This document shows, piece after piece, positions 34,760-48,899 of a stretch of 64,000 nt of DNA. Origin of the DNA: Girardia tigrina (Eukaryota); NCBI GenBank assembly GCA_001938485.1, contig MQRK01241883.1:5103-69102 (forward strand). Reading direction: 5' to 3'. The notes beneath the pieces are model-generated. The model had not been told where the DNA came from. It saw only the letters and a program-made list of their open reading frames with translations, and did not search any database. The stretch's first letter is position 1, and every line of letters begins with the position of its first letter. The position numbers and the translations under genes are program-made.

Positions 34760-34990
34760 TTAAATACAATTAAATACAAAAAATAATTTACAATATTCAA
34801 ATTTATTATTATTATTACGATACATTAATGATAAATGTTTTAATTTTTATTTTTTACGAAAACTGTTTAGAATTAAGTATTTGTCAAATCTTTAATTTGC
34901 AAAATTTCAAACTGACTTTAAAATTTAATATTATCTGTTTTTTATATTACATCTCACGCAACAAAAAGTTCATTATTTTATTTTTCAGAA
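34760..34990 (+). repeat. AT-rich dispersed repeat; uninterrupted paralog of 11610-11661 plus 13052-13225
   Basis: CAATATTCAAATTTATTATT..ATTAC|GATACATTAATGATAAA continuous here, split by the mini-LTR element in the other copy. Confidence 0.85.
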
Positions 34991-35236
34991 TAACTTTTTT
35001 TTCAATCGCAAACCAAATCGTATTTCGTTACTAAAATCTTAAATTCAATCGAAAAAGGTATAATCGTACAAAGGGATTTTTAAAATCACAGAATGACTAT
35101 AACTCCCTCCGATTGGTTAACCAATCGATTCGAAAAGTCCATTTGTTTCGAATGAATCATCGGCAACTCGTTCAATCCAACACATCTAGACAAAGAACTC
35201 TTTCTCTGGATTTGAATTATAATAAAATTCAAAGTA

Positions 35237-36338
35237 CAGTAAAACATCTATAAGTTGACAGTCGCGGTGCAGAAATTTTATTTCAACTTATGGAGTTGCA
35301 TGACATACATTCCTATATCACAGCTATTGAATATGGCAAGAAGAATAAGAAGTGCATTATTAAATTTATTTATTTTCTAATGATCCATGAATAAAGAGGT
35401 TTATCTAATAGTTTTCATACACTGTAGCTGAGCCTTCTCAAAATTTTATTCCGAGGCCATCACATCTTCAGATAATTTTGGTACTAGTCGTAATAAGAAA
35501 TTTCTTAATTTTTGCACACAATAAATAGCTTCAGGTCATGAGATGCCTTTTGTTATATCTGTTGTTTTGCTTTTTTTCGATTCATTTTATTAGTTTACTT
35601 TCTATATATATAAATATATATCCATGGTCTTTTAATCCATCGATTTTCTTCAAACTTGGTATACTTACTCATTCTCGATTACAATAAATGATTATGTAAA
35701 AATTTGATTAAAAAAACTTTTTAAGGTCCCAAAATGGGAAAAACGGAAATTTCGGAGTTCCAGAACAATATTAAATGAAAAATATCTACTTAATATAAAT
35801 TATAAGTAGTTTATATTAATTTTCTAATCAATAGATTTATTATATATTTTTTGTTTATTCTAGTACTACGTATAAAATTTAATTTTTATTGTTATTTTAT
35901 ATATTTGTTAAATTTAATTTTTATTATCAAGATAAAAATTAAATTATTTTTTTTGGGAATATTTGTGCTTTAAAATCATTTTTTTAATTAAAACTTTGTT
36001 GGAAAAGTAGAGTTCTGAATGTATAAATAATGGATATAAAAATTTATTTTTTGATTTACTAGTTTACTTTCAATTTACTTAAAATTATGAAAATGATTTT
36101 AAAGCTTATATTTTCATAAGGAGTTCAATTTTTTCACTTTACTGGTTTTTTTAACTTATAGAGTTTTTAACTTTGGAAGTTCTACTGTATTGACATTGAA
36201 GAGATTTTCAACTTAAAAGATACAGAGGTTTTATACTTAAAGAAAAAAAAGAAATTACTTTTGGCTTGTGAGGCTGACGAAATTTCAACTTACTGAGTTT
36301 TTTAAATTATAGAGTTTTCAACTTTGAAGGTTTTACTG
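35237..36338. mobile_element. pogo/Tigger-type non-autonomous element with duplicated right end
   Basis: TA-CAGTAAAACATCTATAAGTTGA at left; right-end copies ending TCTACTG-TA (about 36187) and GGTTTTACTG-TA (36338). Confidence 0.7.
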
Positions 36339-37496
36339 TACCTTGAATAACAATTATCATTTAATTTTTTAAATCTAATTTTAATTATTTAATTTTTAAC
36401 TTTAATTATTTTAATTGAATATCATGATTTATACATATCATTATATTTATAAGCAAGCAAACACAATAATTCAGCAAAATAAAATCAAAATAAAACGATT
36501 TTGAGTCTTCCAATAGCAATTTGAAAACGATTGAACATTGAAAGACTGTCTTTGGACAGGAGAGGAGTCATTTGGTAAATGAATGAAACTAACAAGAAAT
36601 ATAAATATTAATTTATTTTGAAATTCCGAAACATTATAATTATTATTAATATTTCTACTTGTTTGTACACATTTTCTTTACAAATGAATTTATTTATTTA
36701 CACTAACCGTTAAAAATCATTTTGCCATTTTAACAAACAAAATGTCATATATTGTTTGATTTATTATTACATGAAGAATTATTAAGAAACAAATTTCAAA
36801 AAAAATATTATAAAAGAATTATTTTTTTAAAAATTTTTACAGAAAATATTTTGTTGGTGTCCAGGTACTTTGACTTTCAGATGGAACTTACTCAACAGGT
36901 GCTGCAAACATTTCATGTTGTGAGATTACTTTAAGTTCGGTGGGCGTGTAAATTTCCAAAAAAAAACAATCTGCTTTTAAAATGACTATTTGGAAAAAAA
37001 CTCCAAAAATATCTTTAGATATTTCATTTTTTTTCGTTGTATTTTCTCTCTAATTTTCTTTGAAATTTTTTTAACGTCAAATGTTGAAGTTGTCATAAAT
37101 ATAAATATTTTTTTCAAAAATTGTTTTGATAATATTTTCAATAACGACGACAAAAAAAACAAAAAAAAACGGGCTTTAGTTTCACTTGAAATTTGATTAG
37201 AAAACTTCTCGGTTTTTTTGTCGTCGTTGTTGAAACACGGCGACGCACAAACGATGAACAATTGACATATTATTATTATTATTACAATTATTATTATTAT
37301 TATTTGTGCCGGTTTGTGCACATATTTTTTACGAATGAATTTATTAGTTGCCACTAACCGTTGGAAATTATTTTTTTTTCAATTTCAACAAAAAAATTCG
37401 TGTGTTATTTTTATTTACACAAGATTTTTATTGAAAAATATTTTTATTTCTTTTTGGCTCTAGTATTTGGAAAGTTGACTCTTATTTCGAGGAATT

Positions 37497-40400
37497 ATGT
37501 TTAATAAAAACGGTTACAAATTGAAATCTGATTTCCGAAAACTTCTCTCTTCAACCAATGGATTATATCGTATGTCATATATCTTGAAACAATTCTTCGT
37601 TTTGTGGAAAATTTGTCTCTTTTTTTCGAATTTTAGAAGAACCTCTCAAACCGGAAGAAGTAAAGTCAATTAGTTTTATGTGGTCGAAAATATTGGGAGA
37701 AAATGCAATTGTAATTGTAAGTATTTTTATTATATATAAATTTCTAAAAGAAAATTATTCGTAAAAAATAAAAAGATATTTTAATTATAAAAATTTTAAA
37801 TAATTAATAAAAACTTTTAATAAAATCATTTTTATTCAAAGAAAATTATTTAATTTTTATCATTTTGTCTTCAGCACATTATCTGAAATGCAAAAAAGAT
37901 GCTATTGTATTCTGTATTTCCGTATATGTGTTTATATGTTTATATTAATAAACGACGGATACCAAATGCAATCAGACCCCATAAACTATAAATATTTGCA
38001 TAGGTCACATAAACTGTCGGATGGAAATATAGAAAAACAATTTGAACAAAAGAGCGCTATCCAGATATTTTGATCCGAAATTCTGGAAGTAAAATAGGTA
38101 TGATTGCTACAATAGCTCGATTATCTCATGGTTTTCTTTATTTGAAACTAGATATAATTTAAATTAATACAAAGAAAAACTTTTCAAAAATATTTATGAT
38201 CTTAAATAATAAATCATTTAAAAAGAATACTGTAAAAATACTAATATTTTCATAACATTAATCAATAGAGAAATCTCAACATAATATACTAATCGCATTA
38301 TTATATACTATGCACAGCATAGAAACAATACTTAAACAATATTCTTAATATAATACACAATAAAACAGTAAAAATGATATACACTAGAGAAAATGTGTTA
38401 TGTATCTTGATGTCATCCCTTCATTTTATTTTAACCCCTTAACGCATAAACTCGAGTATAGTTCGGGAACCGTTTACTGGCAAATTTGTGCTCGTCCGGG
38501 CTGAACTCTGGCATCAAAAATGTTTGTATAACTTTAGAGCAAAAATATTATAAAAAATATTTTTTCAATTGCTCGATATATATTTATACAATTCATTTGT
38601 TTTGTATAAAAGAAATTCTGGTTTTTCACTATAGGTTTGTAGAACAAATAATAAAAAAATATCAATCAGAATCAAGGCTCACAAGGCATGGTCAGCCAAA
38701 GAAACTAGGACCTCACAGAGTAACGGAATGATCTTTTCCAGAATACATTCAGCCAACCGAAAAAACCTACTCCAACAAGATGATGAACGGTATGCTGCAG
38801 TAAAAGGGATAAAGGAATAGGTAAAGGATAAAATAAAGGTAAAGGAAAGAAGATAAGGAAAAAACTTGCCTTTATTCAGAAAAATGTAATGTAGACTTAT
38901 GTGGTGTTCCTTGTTCTAAGATATATCACACTGAATTGAATTTGCAGTAATTAATAATTAATAAATATTAACGGTAAACTTGCTTTTCATTGTTTTTTTT
39001 ACCTTTAATTGTATTAATACATTAATTATCAGTAATAAAAAATGATTTTTGGGCCGCTTTCGTGAATAAAAAAAATGCGTGTTAAGGGGCTAAACACCGC
39101 ATTAAAATGGAATTAATATTGTATATATTATATTGTTGTCCCGGTTCGTCATGTCAAAGTCAGTTTTTTTGCCACCCGTAACCATGTATATAAATGCAAT
39201 TTCCGACAAATTTTGATTATTCTTGAATTTTCGAAAACATCCGACACATCGAAAACAGCAAAAGCACTAATGAAAGCAAGAGAATATTCATAAATATAGT
39301 TGAACTTACTTGAACAGGATCGCCCAACCCATTTTTGACGTTTCTAAAACTCAGAGAAAAAGTTTCGAACATTGTCCAACAAAAGAATAGCTTAATATGC
39401 ATATAAAATATTTAATAATTGAAATAATTCGAACGGTTACAAACAATATTACTCTATTTAAATTAAACAACTCCACTATATTTGTTTCTGAAAGGAAGAA
39501 GTCATATGAACTTTTCATTAATAATTTCCTTTTCTAATTAAATTAAATGCTTAATTCTTGTTATCAAATTTAATTTCTTATCTAATCCTATTATACTTGT
39601 ACTAGAAAAAGACCGGTCATATATGACGGAAGAGCTGAATTTTCTTCTTTGAAAGTTTTTGTTTTAATTTTAAAATCATAATTATTCTAAAATAAATATA
39701 TTTTATATGCATGTGTTAGATACTATTTAAAAGTCTGCAATCGTTCTATCATATAATTCATATATACAGCAATTCTGCAGATTCTGCTTATTTTTGGCTT
39801 GTAATTTCAAATTAGCCGGAGTTATGAATTGATTATAAAATTAAGCCATGTAAAAGCAAGAAAAAAATTGATCACAGCAAACCTTGAGTGTTACACAGTT
39901 ATACTCTTGTATATATATATATATAATTAACAAGAATCATTCTTCTGATTCAGTACAAATTTGACTTCCCATTTAGTAACAACATTATTTCTAAAAACTA
40001 ACGAATCAATCAATCAATGACACTAAACTCTCGAAAATTAAAAGTAATAAATACAACAGGCATAGACCATGGGTGAAAAATTTCAAGTTAATAGGATTAG
40101 GAATGTAGTTACACAGTTTTGGTTACCTTGGCGAAACATGGAAATACAAACCTATGGAAAAGTTGACTATCCGATAATTTTATTTATATTTTACAATTTC
40201 ATATTTGTATTATAAATGCGAGGACCGTATTAATAGAATTTCATTTCTCTGAATTAGTAGAAACCAAGCAGCAAAACCAAGTTCAACAAAGGAGCTCCTC
40301 GAAGTGCATCTGTCTAAATGATTCACAATGCAGAGTACAACTTGAAGGGGATAAAGTTTGAACTTTCGATTGAAAAAGATTCTCTGCTCTTGGTAAAGGC

Positions 40401-43400
40401 AATAAGAAACATAAATAACTTTATTAAAGTTTTAATGGTTTTAATATATAATGTTGGTTTATGNNNNNNNNNNNNNNNNNNNNNNNNNNNNNNNNNNNNN
40501 NNNNNNNNNNNNNATATATATATATATATATAATTAACAAGAATCATTCTTCTGATTCAGTACAAATTTGACTTCCCATTTAGTAACAACATTACTTCTA
40601 AAAACTAACGAATCAATCAATCAATGACACTAAACTCTCGAAAATTAAAATTAATAAATACAACAGGCATAGACCATGGGTGAAAAATTTCAAGTTAATA
40701 AGATTAGGAATGTAGTTACACATTTTTGGTTACCTTGGCGAAACATGGAAATGCAAACCTATGGAAAAGTTGACTATCCGATAATTTTATTTATATTTTA
40801 CAATTTCATATTTGTATTATAAATGCGAGGACCGTATTAATAGAATTTCATTTCTCTGAAGTAGTAGAAACCAAGCAGCAAAACCAAGTTCAACAAAGGA
40901 GCTCCTCGAAGTGCATCTGTCTAAATGATTCACAATGTAGAGTACAACATTAAGGGGATAAAGTTTGAACTTTCGATTGAAAAAGATTCTCTGCTCTTGG
41001 TAAAGGCAATAAGAAACATAAATAACTTTATTAAAGTTTTAATGGTTTTAATATATAATGTTGGTTTATGTTGTCTTTCTATCTTTAAGAGATGATTTGT
41101 GGTCACTCATGTAAGAAATATTTCCATTTCACTAGCGACCATCTGAAATGTTGTAAGAATTGAGTGCATGAAAATGTTGATAAATGATAGAAAGAGGTCA
41201 CGAATTACGAAACATTTCTTGACATCATTTAGGAATAGTTCTATATATATTAAAGAATTTCAGAAAAAAATCATTTTTTTCAGCTAGTTGTCAGACTAAC
41301 TCAATGCATTTTACCGAATTCCAAAATTATAAAAGAACAGAACATTATAAAATTAAAATTTATGCCAGTTAAATATAGCAATTAATATTGGAAAAATAAA
41401 ACTAATCAAAACAAAATAGTCCTAAAATAACTACCCTAATATTCCAGAAATAATGAACCCCCTAGATAATACGCACTTACTTTTTTTGGCATGAAAAATG
41501 AGAAAATAAAAGTCTCTAGATAATCCTCATCTGAACCACCCAACAAGAAAATGTCGGTATTGCGGTGTAGCGTCGTAAAAATAAAATTAAAAGACTTGTG
41601 TCCTCATATATTGCGCTGCAAGATTTTGGATCTACAGGACTAGTAAAAATAGGGTTTTATTTAGGAAATAATGAGTTATATAAAATTAATAATAAATATT
41701 ACTCAATACATTTTTATATTCTATTCTTAGACGTCGCGATTTCGGAGACAGAAGCCTCATTTGGGATTCCGAATCTCAACGAGCCGTACAGATAATGGAT
41801 TTCAGCATATGGTTATTGATGTCGTTGAGAATAGCGACATTTCTCAAAATACTCACATAAGGCCAGAGGATATTTTACTCGAAGTAATATTATTATAGAA
41901 AAAATGATGAACATGTATATATATATAGATAGTAAAGATTTGCAAAGGTATCTTAGACATTAATGTTTGTTGTTTTCTTTCCATTTTTCTATTCATTAAC
42001 TTTCTTACATCTCTATTATATAACGCAACACATTTATGGTTGGCCATCTTATTTTAATGACTTTTCATCCTATTTTCAAATTGTAAAAGTTATCTTCTTT
42101 GGTCATAATAACTTATTTATTTTGATTGCAAGAATTTAAATTGATCTTCATTCTCGTTTCAAATTTCACATTAATCGTAAATACCATTTTAAATAACTGT
42201 TGGTGACATGGCTGACAAAAAAAGTTATATTTTCGGTGATAAAAATAGATGGTTTTAAAATATTTTATCCAATAGTATAAACAAATAATATTTCAACAAT
42301 AAAAATAATAATAGGAGTTTTAATTTAAGCAATATCTATTAAACAAAAACACTAACAGGAAGATGAGAGATAAGTCAAGAACCCAATATTTAATGAAAAT
42401 CAGGTAAGTATATGGATGAATAATAATGTATCTTACGGAATCTGACCGATAATAACGTCAGTAAACAAGATATTCAGTTATTGTATCTCTTTGTCAAAAA
42501 ATTACGGTAGTCGGTTATCTAATCTGCTCTAATTCTGCTCTTCTGTTTTCTTCTTTTCTTTATTCTTTCTAGATATGAATTCTAGGGATATTTGAATAAA
42601 AAGAACTTCTCTTTTCGTTGTATCACATACTATCGAAATGTTCTATCAAATAAAAACCACAATTGAATTTTCAGATATTCAGAAACGATTATAATTTTTT
42701 AAGACGGAATACTCGTTAACCCTTTCCAGCCCAAATTATTATTTTTGAAAAAAAATCCGTTACAATGTTGATTTAAATTGCTAAGAAACAAATGAGAATC
42801 GCGCTTTTTTGGATTCTGATATATGTAGTGTCATCTATTAGACTTTTTAGAAACTATTACTATGTGTAAAATTTAAATTGAGTAAAAGAGATAACTGTAA
42901 TTCAATTTTTCAAATATGTTGCCATATGGGAACAATGAGCTGGAAAGGGTTAAATGGAAATTATGAATTTCCACTTTTACTTTTTTTTGCTTAGATAATC
43001 TTAATTAATTATAAACTCCATCAATATCATAATTCTGCTACATAAAAAAATCCCCCAAAAATAATACAGGTCTGAAAACATAAATTCATTCATAAATAGT
43101 AGTCATCTTTCCATAAGTGATATTAAATTATCATTTAGTAACATAAAGCTTTTAAAACGAATCATCATACATGCCTGAGCATTTATGAGTCTCAAATATA
43201 TAAATACATGTTAATTTTTTACCAAAAAAAGATTTATACAAAAATATATCATTTTAAAATATTTTACAATAATGCTTTAAAATATTTTGTAAATAATAAA
43301 ATTTTCAACAATAAACATTGTTCTTCACTTCTTTTCATTATTATTAATTCTATTATTGACATAAATACAATTATTAATAACACAAACAAAATTCTCATTA

Positions 43401-45466
43401 CAACAATTCTCGGAAACATTTTCGTGATTTGTCATCACTTTTGAATTTTCTATTTTGCACTATTGGAAATGGAATTTAAATTATTTCGTTAAATTAATTT
43501 TCAAAGATATTATTGAATTAAATTATTTCATTAAAGAGAATTTAAAGTTATTTTTAACAATAAAATTCAATTTAAAAATATTATTTAGTTTTACAATTAT
43601 TAAACATTAAAAAAATTATTAATTATTTTGAAAGTAAATATATTCCAAAATTTTCAATAAATAATTTCAGATATATAAGGATTTAAAATATTAATCACCC
43701 ATTCGGGTTGGAGTGACAAAATGAAACATTAAAAAAGATTTCGGACAGTTATAATTAAAAGTTTGTTTATAAAATTAGTAATAAAATTGTTTTCGAAATA
43801 AATGAATCTTACGAAAATATATCTCAAACATTGTATCTGTATTTAGAGAACTTGGAGTAACTTTATGCTAAATTGACAATTCCTATTGTCAATTTTGTTA
43901 CGGAATACGTGATCCAAACTTCAGATCTTATTCCATAAAAATTGAGATCTTGAACATATTTTAAAATCAATCATTGTTTCATACTGCACACAATTAGTAA
44001 ATTAGGTCGCTATGATAAACAGAATAGGTCTAAAAAGTACGAAATATGAATGTTTGGTTTTCATTTGTTTAACATGTTGAATACAAACAATGAGATAACT
44101 CGTAGTTTATATATATAATTTTCTGGTGAATTTAGTCTTTATTAACCAATAAATATTTTTTAAAATTTTTTTAATAATTTAACAACAATAAAACCGAAAA
44201 TCAATTTGTTGATGAATATATGCCAAACCAGCTGAACAATTGATAATGTTACGAGGAATATGCCTCAAATAGCCTCAACAACCAGTAGAAGTAATGCATG
44301 CTGTTTCTGTCATAATGATTTCAAATAATATAACAGTTGCTCATTTCCTTAGTTTAGATCGAGATAAAAATTTTAATAGATGTGAGGAATATTTGGAATG
44401 TTTGATGCTTTGTGTTTGAATGTTGTATGTTTATTTGGAATTGTGTCACTCCTACCCAGAGGGTTTATTAATAATTTTAATTCTTATTATCTGAAAATAT
44501 TTATTGTTTAAATTTATTTCTAATTTAAAATAATTGTAAAATTTTAAAGAAGTTTATTAATTTCATTTGCAATTTTTAAATAAATAAATCGAATTAATAT
44601 CTTTTAAATAATTAATAATCATTTTAATTCTTAACCAATAAACTTTGGAATAAACATTTTAACAATTTATGTAAGTCTCCATTTGTTCAGATAATAACAT
44701 TAAAGTTATTAATTAATAGACTGATGCAATCTTACGAAAGCTTTGACAAAGAATGCCGTGAGGACAATCAAACTTGTTGTAATAATAAAAGTATTAAAAG
44801 TCATATTAATGCTCTTAATAATAGAAAACCATATTAAGATGTTACTCTTTGAGTATCATTCCGTCTGTAAATACGTGCATTATTCAAAATTAAGCAAGCA
44901 TTTTCAATTATCCTAACATAGCCTAAATATTTACAAAGCTCATCCGCATCTTCATAAAAATATCAGCATTTACTATAGAATTAGTAATTGTTTTACAATA
45001 TCTAATTCCATCAATTACAACACTTGTTATTAAAGATACTGAGCGGCTCCAAAAGTTTTGGCATTTTTACTATTATCCTAGTTCCTTGTCCCGTCCTTCC
45101 ATATAATCTTCTGAGACGTAAATAATCTCTATATACAATAATTTCTTAGCTGATAGTGGATATGTTAATATTTCTCAGAAGTGAGTTTTATATCTTAAAA
45201 TTTAGGCTTATCTAAATCAACTTACCTTTACAAAATAACATTATGTATATTTTGTTTCTCTTTTTCATTTTAACTTTTAGTTATATTTTTTATATTTATT
45301 TTTTATTAACATGAAATATTGACTTCACAAGCTTCTATATGTCCTAAAGTGGTAATATATATTACGAGTATGTGATATATTAGGTTGTCCTAAAAGTTCC
45401 AGGTCAATAATAAAAATACAACTTTTTTCAAATTTATTTTTGGCATTATTTATTTGATATTGATAT

Positions 45467-45516
<50 letters not shown>

Positions 45517-48500
45517 TTATTTATAGCAAAGCTTGAAATCTGTGTGTTGCTGCGTCACTATTGGAAGAAAAGCTTGACAACACGAGATGCTACCAAGGCA
45601 ATTTGCAAAGTTAAAGGTACACAAACGGTCGGAAAAAGCACGGCAATTGATTGGTTCAAGCGTTTCAATAAATGCAACTTTGACTTGAATGACAGTCCTC
45701 GTTCTGGACGACCAATAAAATTGGATAATGATGACTTGCAACCAGAGTTGGACATGAAGTCTTCGTCAAGCACTTGCAATTAGAGCATTTGAGCTTGCAG
45801 TTGCATTTGAAGCAGCTCGACTTTGTACATAAGAAACTGCGTCAAGATCCACATGAACTTACCAAAGCACAGGCCGATAAAAGAGTCCAAATTTGCCGAC
45901 AACTGCTGCAGAATCCACGAGATGACCACTTTTAGAAACGAATGGTGATGTCGGACGAGAAGTTTGTCTACTTGGTCAACCACAACAGAGAGAAGCGATG
46001 GGTTCCACCGGGTCAAGAAACGCCGTCAGTTCCAAAACAAGATCGATTTGGCTTGAAAATCATGTTGTGCATCTGGTAGAACTTTGAGGGAGTCGTGTAC
46101 TTTGAGTTGGTTCAGAACGGCCTGGCCATCAATGCAGAGCTTTATTGTCAACAGCTGGACCGTATCTACGAGAAGCTCAAGGAGAAGTACCCCGCCTTAA
46201 TCAATTGAAAACGTGCACTGCTTCAGCAAGACAATGCCAAGCCGCATACCGCCAAGAATACCACGGGCAGGTTCCAAGAGTTAGATGGAGTCGAAATTCT
46301 GCCGCATCCTGCTTACAGCCCTGATTGCACTCTATCCTACTATAGCCTCTTCCGATCCATGCAACACTTCTTGAAAGGCCGCCGATACGTAGCATTCGAT
46401 GAACTTGAACAAGCATGTCAAGAGTTCTTCAATTCGAAGCAGCCTGAATGGTACTTTGACCAGATCCGAAAGCTTACATACCGTAGGTAGAAAGTAGTCC
46501 AAAACGATGGACTGTACTTTGAAGAATAATTGTTATTTATATAAAATCAATTCTTGCACAAAAAATGTATTTTTCATTCTTGACCGGTAACTTTTAGGAC
46601 TTGCATAATATACTTGCATAAAATAAATAATTAAATGCATCCAAATGTGAATAGTATTACCTACTTTCGTGAGACTTGTTTATTTCTATGAACGACTCAT
46701 TAATACATGCGCTTGTGAACTCAATGTGAATATGAATATCCAATCCGTTGCTCACATGTTTTTCATTCACATTTTACCAAGTGAAAAATATTATATTTTT
46801 TATAAAGAAACATAATTTAAGTAAATAGTTTTCATTCATAGTGTTTAGCATCGTTTATGAAGGTTATCAAAGGGTCGATTACGATGGAGCATTATTGCTT
46901 CCACTGTATCTGATGAAGCTCTAATTTATGTTTCAAGATGAATAAGTTTATAAAAAAGTTTATTTTTCCTCTTTCGCCAAAAGTGCATTTTCTCCTTGCG
47001 GCAGATAATACACTAATTTCTAAGAATTTTCTATCTGAATGTTATTATTTTTCTTTATCTTAATTTTATTATCCTCTTTAATTGATTTTTAGTTTAACTG
47101 ACATATATTATATTTTGATTTATTTTTACATACTCTTTTATATCTTGTAATGATTTATTTATTCATTCATACAAATATTTTTAATATTTGCTGTATAATT
47201 TAAACAAAATTATATGTTTTTTAATTTTGAAAATATAAAAATTTAATTAATATCTCTCATTATAGTATTAATATTAAGAAAAACAATGTTTAATTTATTG
47301 ATAAAACACTATAATGGACGTAAAATGTTTTCAGGTGAACGGCGTAAATCTCTTACAGATGAGCTACTCAGAGATGTCCATTCTTTTGACTGGTCTTCCC
47401 GCAAATATACAAATGGTTTATCTAAAAAAAGAGAATGAATATGAGAAATTGGAAGGATCTCACGAAGACAAACATCAGCCGACAAAGGTCAATATAAATT
47501 ATATTATAACATATATAAATATTTCACCATCTGATTTTCATTTGTTCTTGTGCTCTTGAACGAATTACGTAGAATATCCTTCAGTGAAAGGATCCAACTC
47601 AAAGATAAGTGGCACTAATTCTCTGAATCCGCAATATTCCTGAACATTTGGAAACCATCTTATATAGCATTTTACAATGAAATTGAACTTCGGTGTTAAG
47701 TGTCCTCGGGATTACGTGCCCGGGATTAACTGTACCGATATTACCTGTCTCTTGATTAAGTGTCTCCGTACCAACCAATCATAGAGACTCTTTCGATTTT
47801 TTATTTATTCGATAATTCTCTCCAAAAAACGACTTTGAACTTTTTGCAAAAGTTCAATTTCATGGTAAAAATGCTATATAATTGCAGAAGAATATCTATG
47901 TGATTAATTACCTTAGTTATTAAATAAAACAATTTACAAAAATGCATAAACATTTGCCCCAATCCAAAAATATAAGTAATGGGAAACTTCTGAAAGTTGG
48001 GGCATATATAGAAAAATGATATCGAATTAATATTTTATAAAGTAATATTCTGTTGAAAATCGGCGATCAAAGATTTTCTATTTTTGCTGTACGCATAATT
48101 TTAATTTTAATAATTTTTAGTTTTCTATGTTTTTTCTATTAACTATGTTAAGGTCCTCAGGTTAACAAATTAAAGAGTAAATATTGCCAATAGACCCATT
48201 TACATAAAGGAATATTTCGGACTTGGGCAACCAAAACATAAAAGGTTAAATATTAGCGATTCGTGATAAAAATATGTTTCAATCTTCCCTACATTAATTC
48301 TCTTAATAACTACTTAGACAAATATAAAATGATCATTTACCTGTAGAAAAGTGGTACGAAATCATCTGAAATTATTAGCGAGAAATAGATACAAGAAAAC
48401 TCTTCCAAACTCCTCTAACCAAGAAAAAATACTTTATTAAAGTTTATTTTTTACAAATATTTGGTAAAATTTCTTATCATTATTTTTCATCAAAAAAGGT

Positions 48501-48865
48501 TTTAGAAATATCTTTAATCGCCAAACAATTAGTCTTACAACCGGTAATGCCTGCTGCACCTGTAGAGCAAGTTCTATTAGAAAATCGATGTGTATTCATT
48601 AATTTTGTTGCACTTTCCCTAAAATTTATAAATAAATAAATAATTTTCATATGCAAATGGTTAATTTAAAAACTGTGCTGCACTTTGCACTGTAGTCGAT
48701 TTTATGTGCATGAAAATAAATATATTATATTTACTTTTTAAAATACATTGAAAATACATAAAAAATTCCGAAAAATGAAAAATGTTATGCCATAATTAAA
48801 CTAAATCACAATCTCTTAAATAAATTTCAAATTCATTAAAATTAATTATTAATTATATTAATAGC

Positions 48866-48899
<34 letters not shown>

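Noticed and set aside
35110-35127. Perfect 18-bp palindrome CGATTGGTTAACCAATCG
   Set aside because: Isolated and probably part of an adjacent repeat end; no supporting context.
36660-37440. Degenerate direct repeats of about 130 bp and Ile/Lys-rich ORFs (36986-37354)
   Set aside because: Low-complexity AT-rich repeats; the ORFs have no domain signal.
39910-41070. Tandem duplication of about 530 bp
   Set aside because: The copies meet at an N gap beside a (TA)n tract and differ by few substitutions, typical of unmerged haplotype overlap.
41571-41642. Possible extra exon of the PDZ gene
   Set aside because: Exon 37637-37716 joins 41731 directly to give the expected PATJ/MPDZ-like spacing; the extra segment has no motif support.
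46905-46945. CTGATGAAG as another hammerhead core (also CTGATGA at about 9967, 15250, 28807)
   Set aside because: No stem II and GAAA at a suitable distance.
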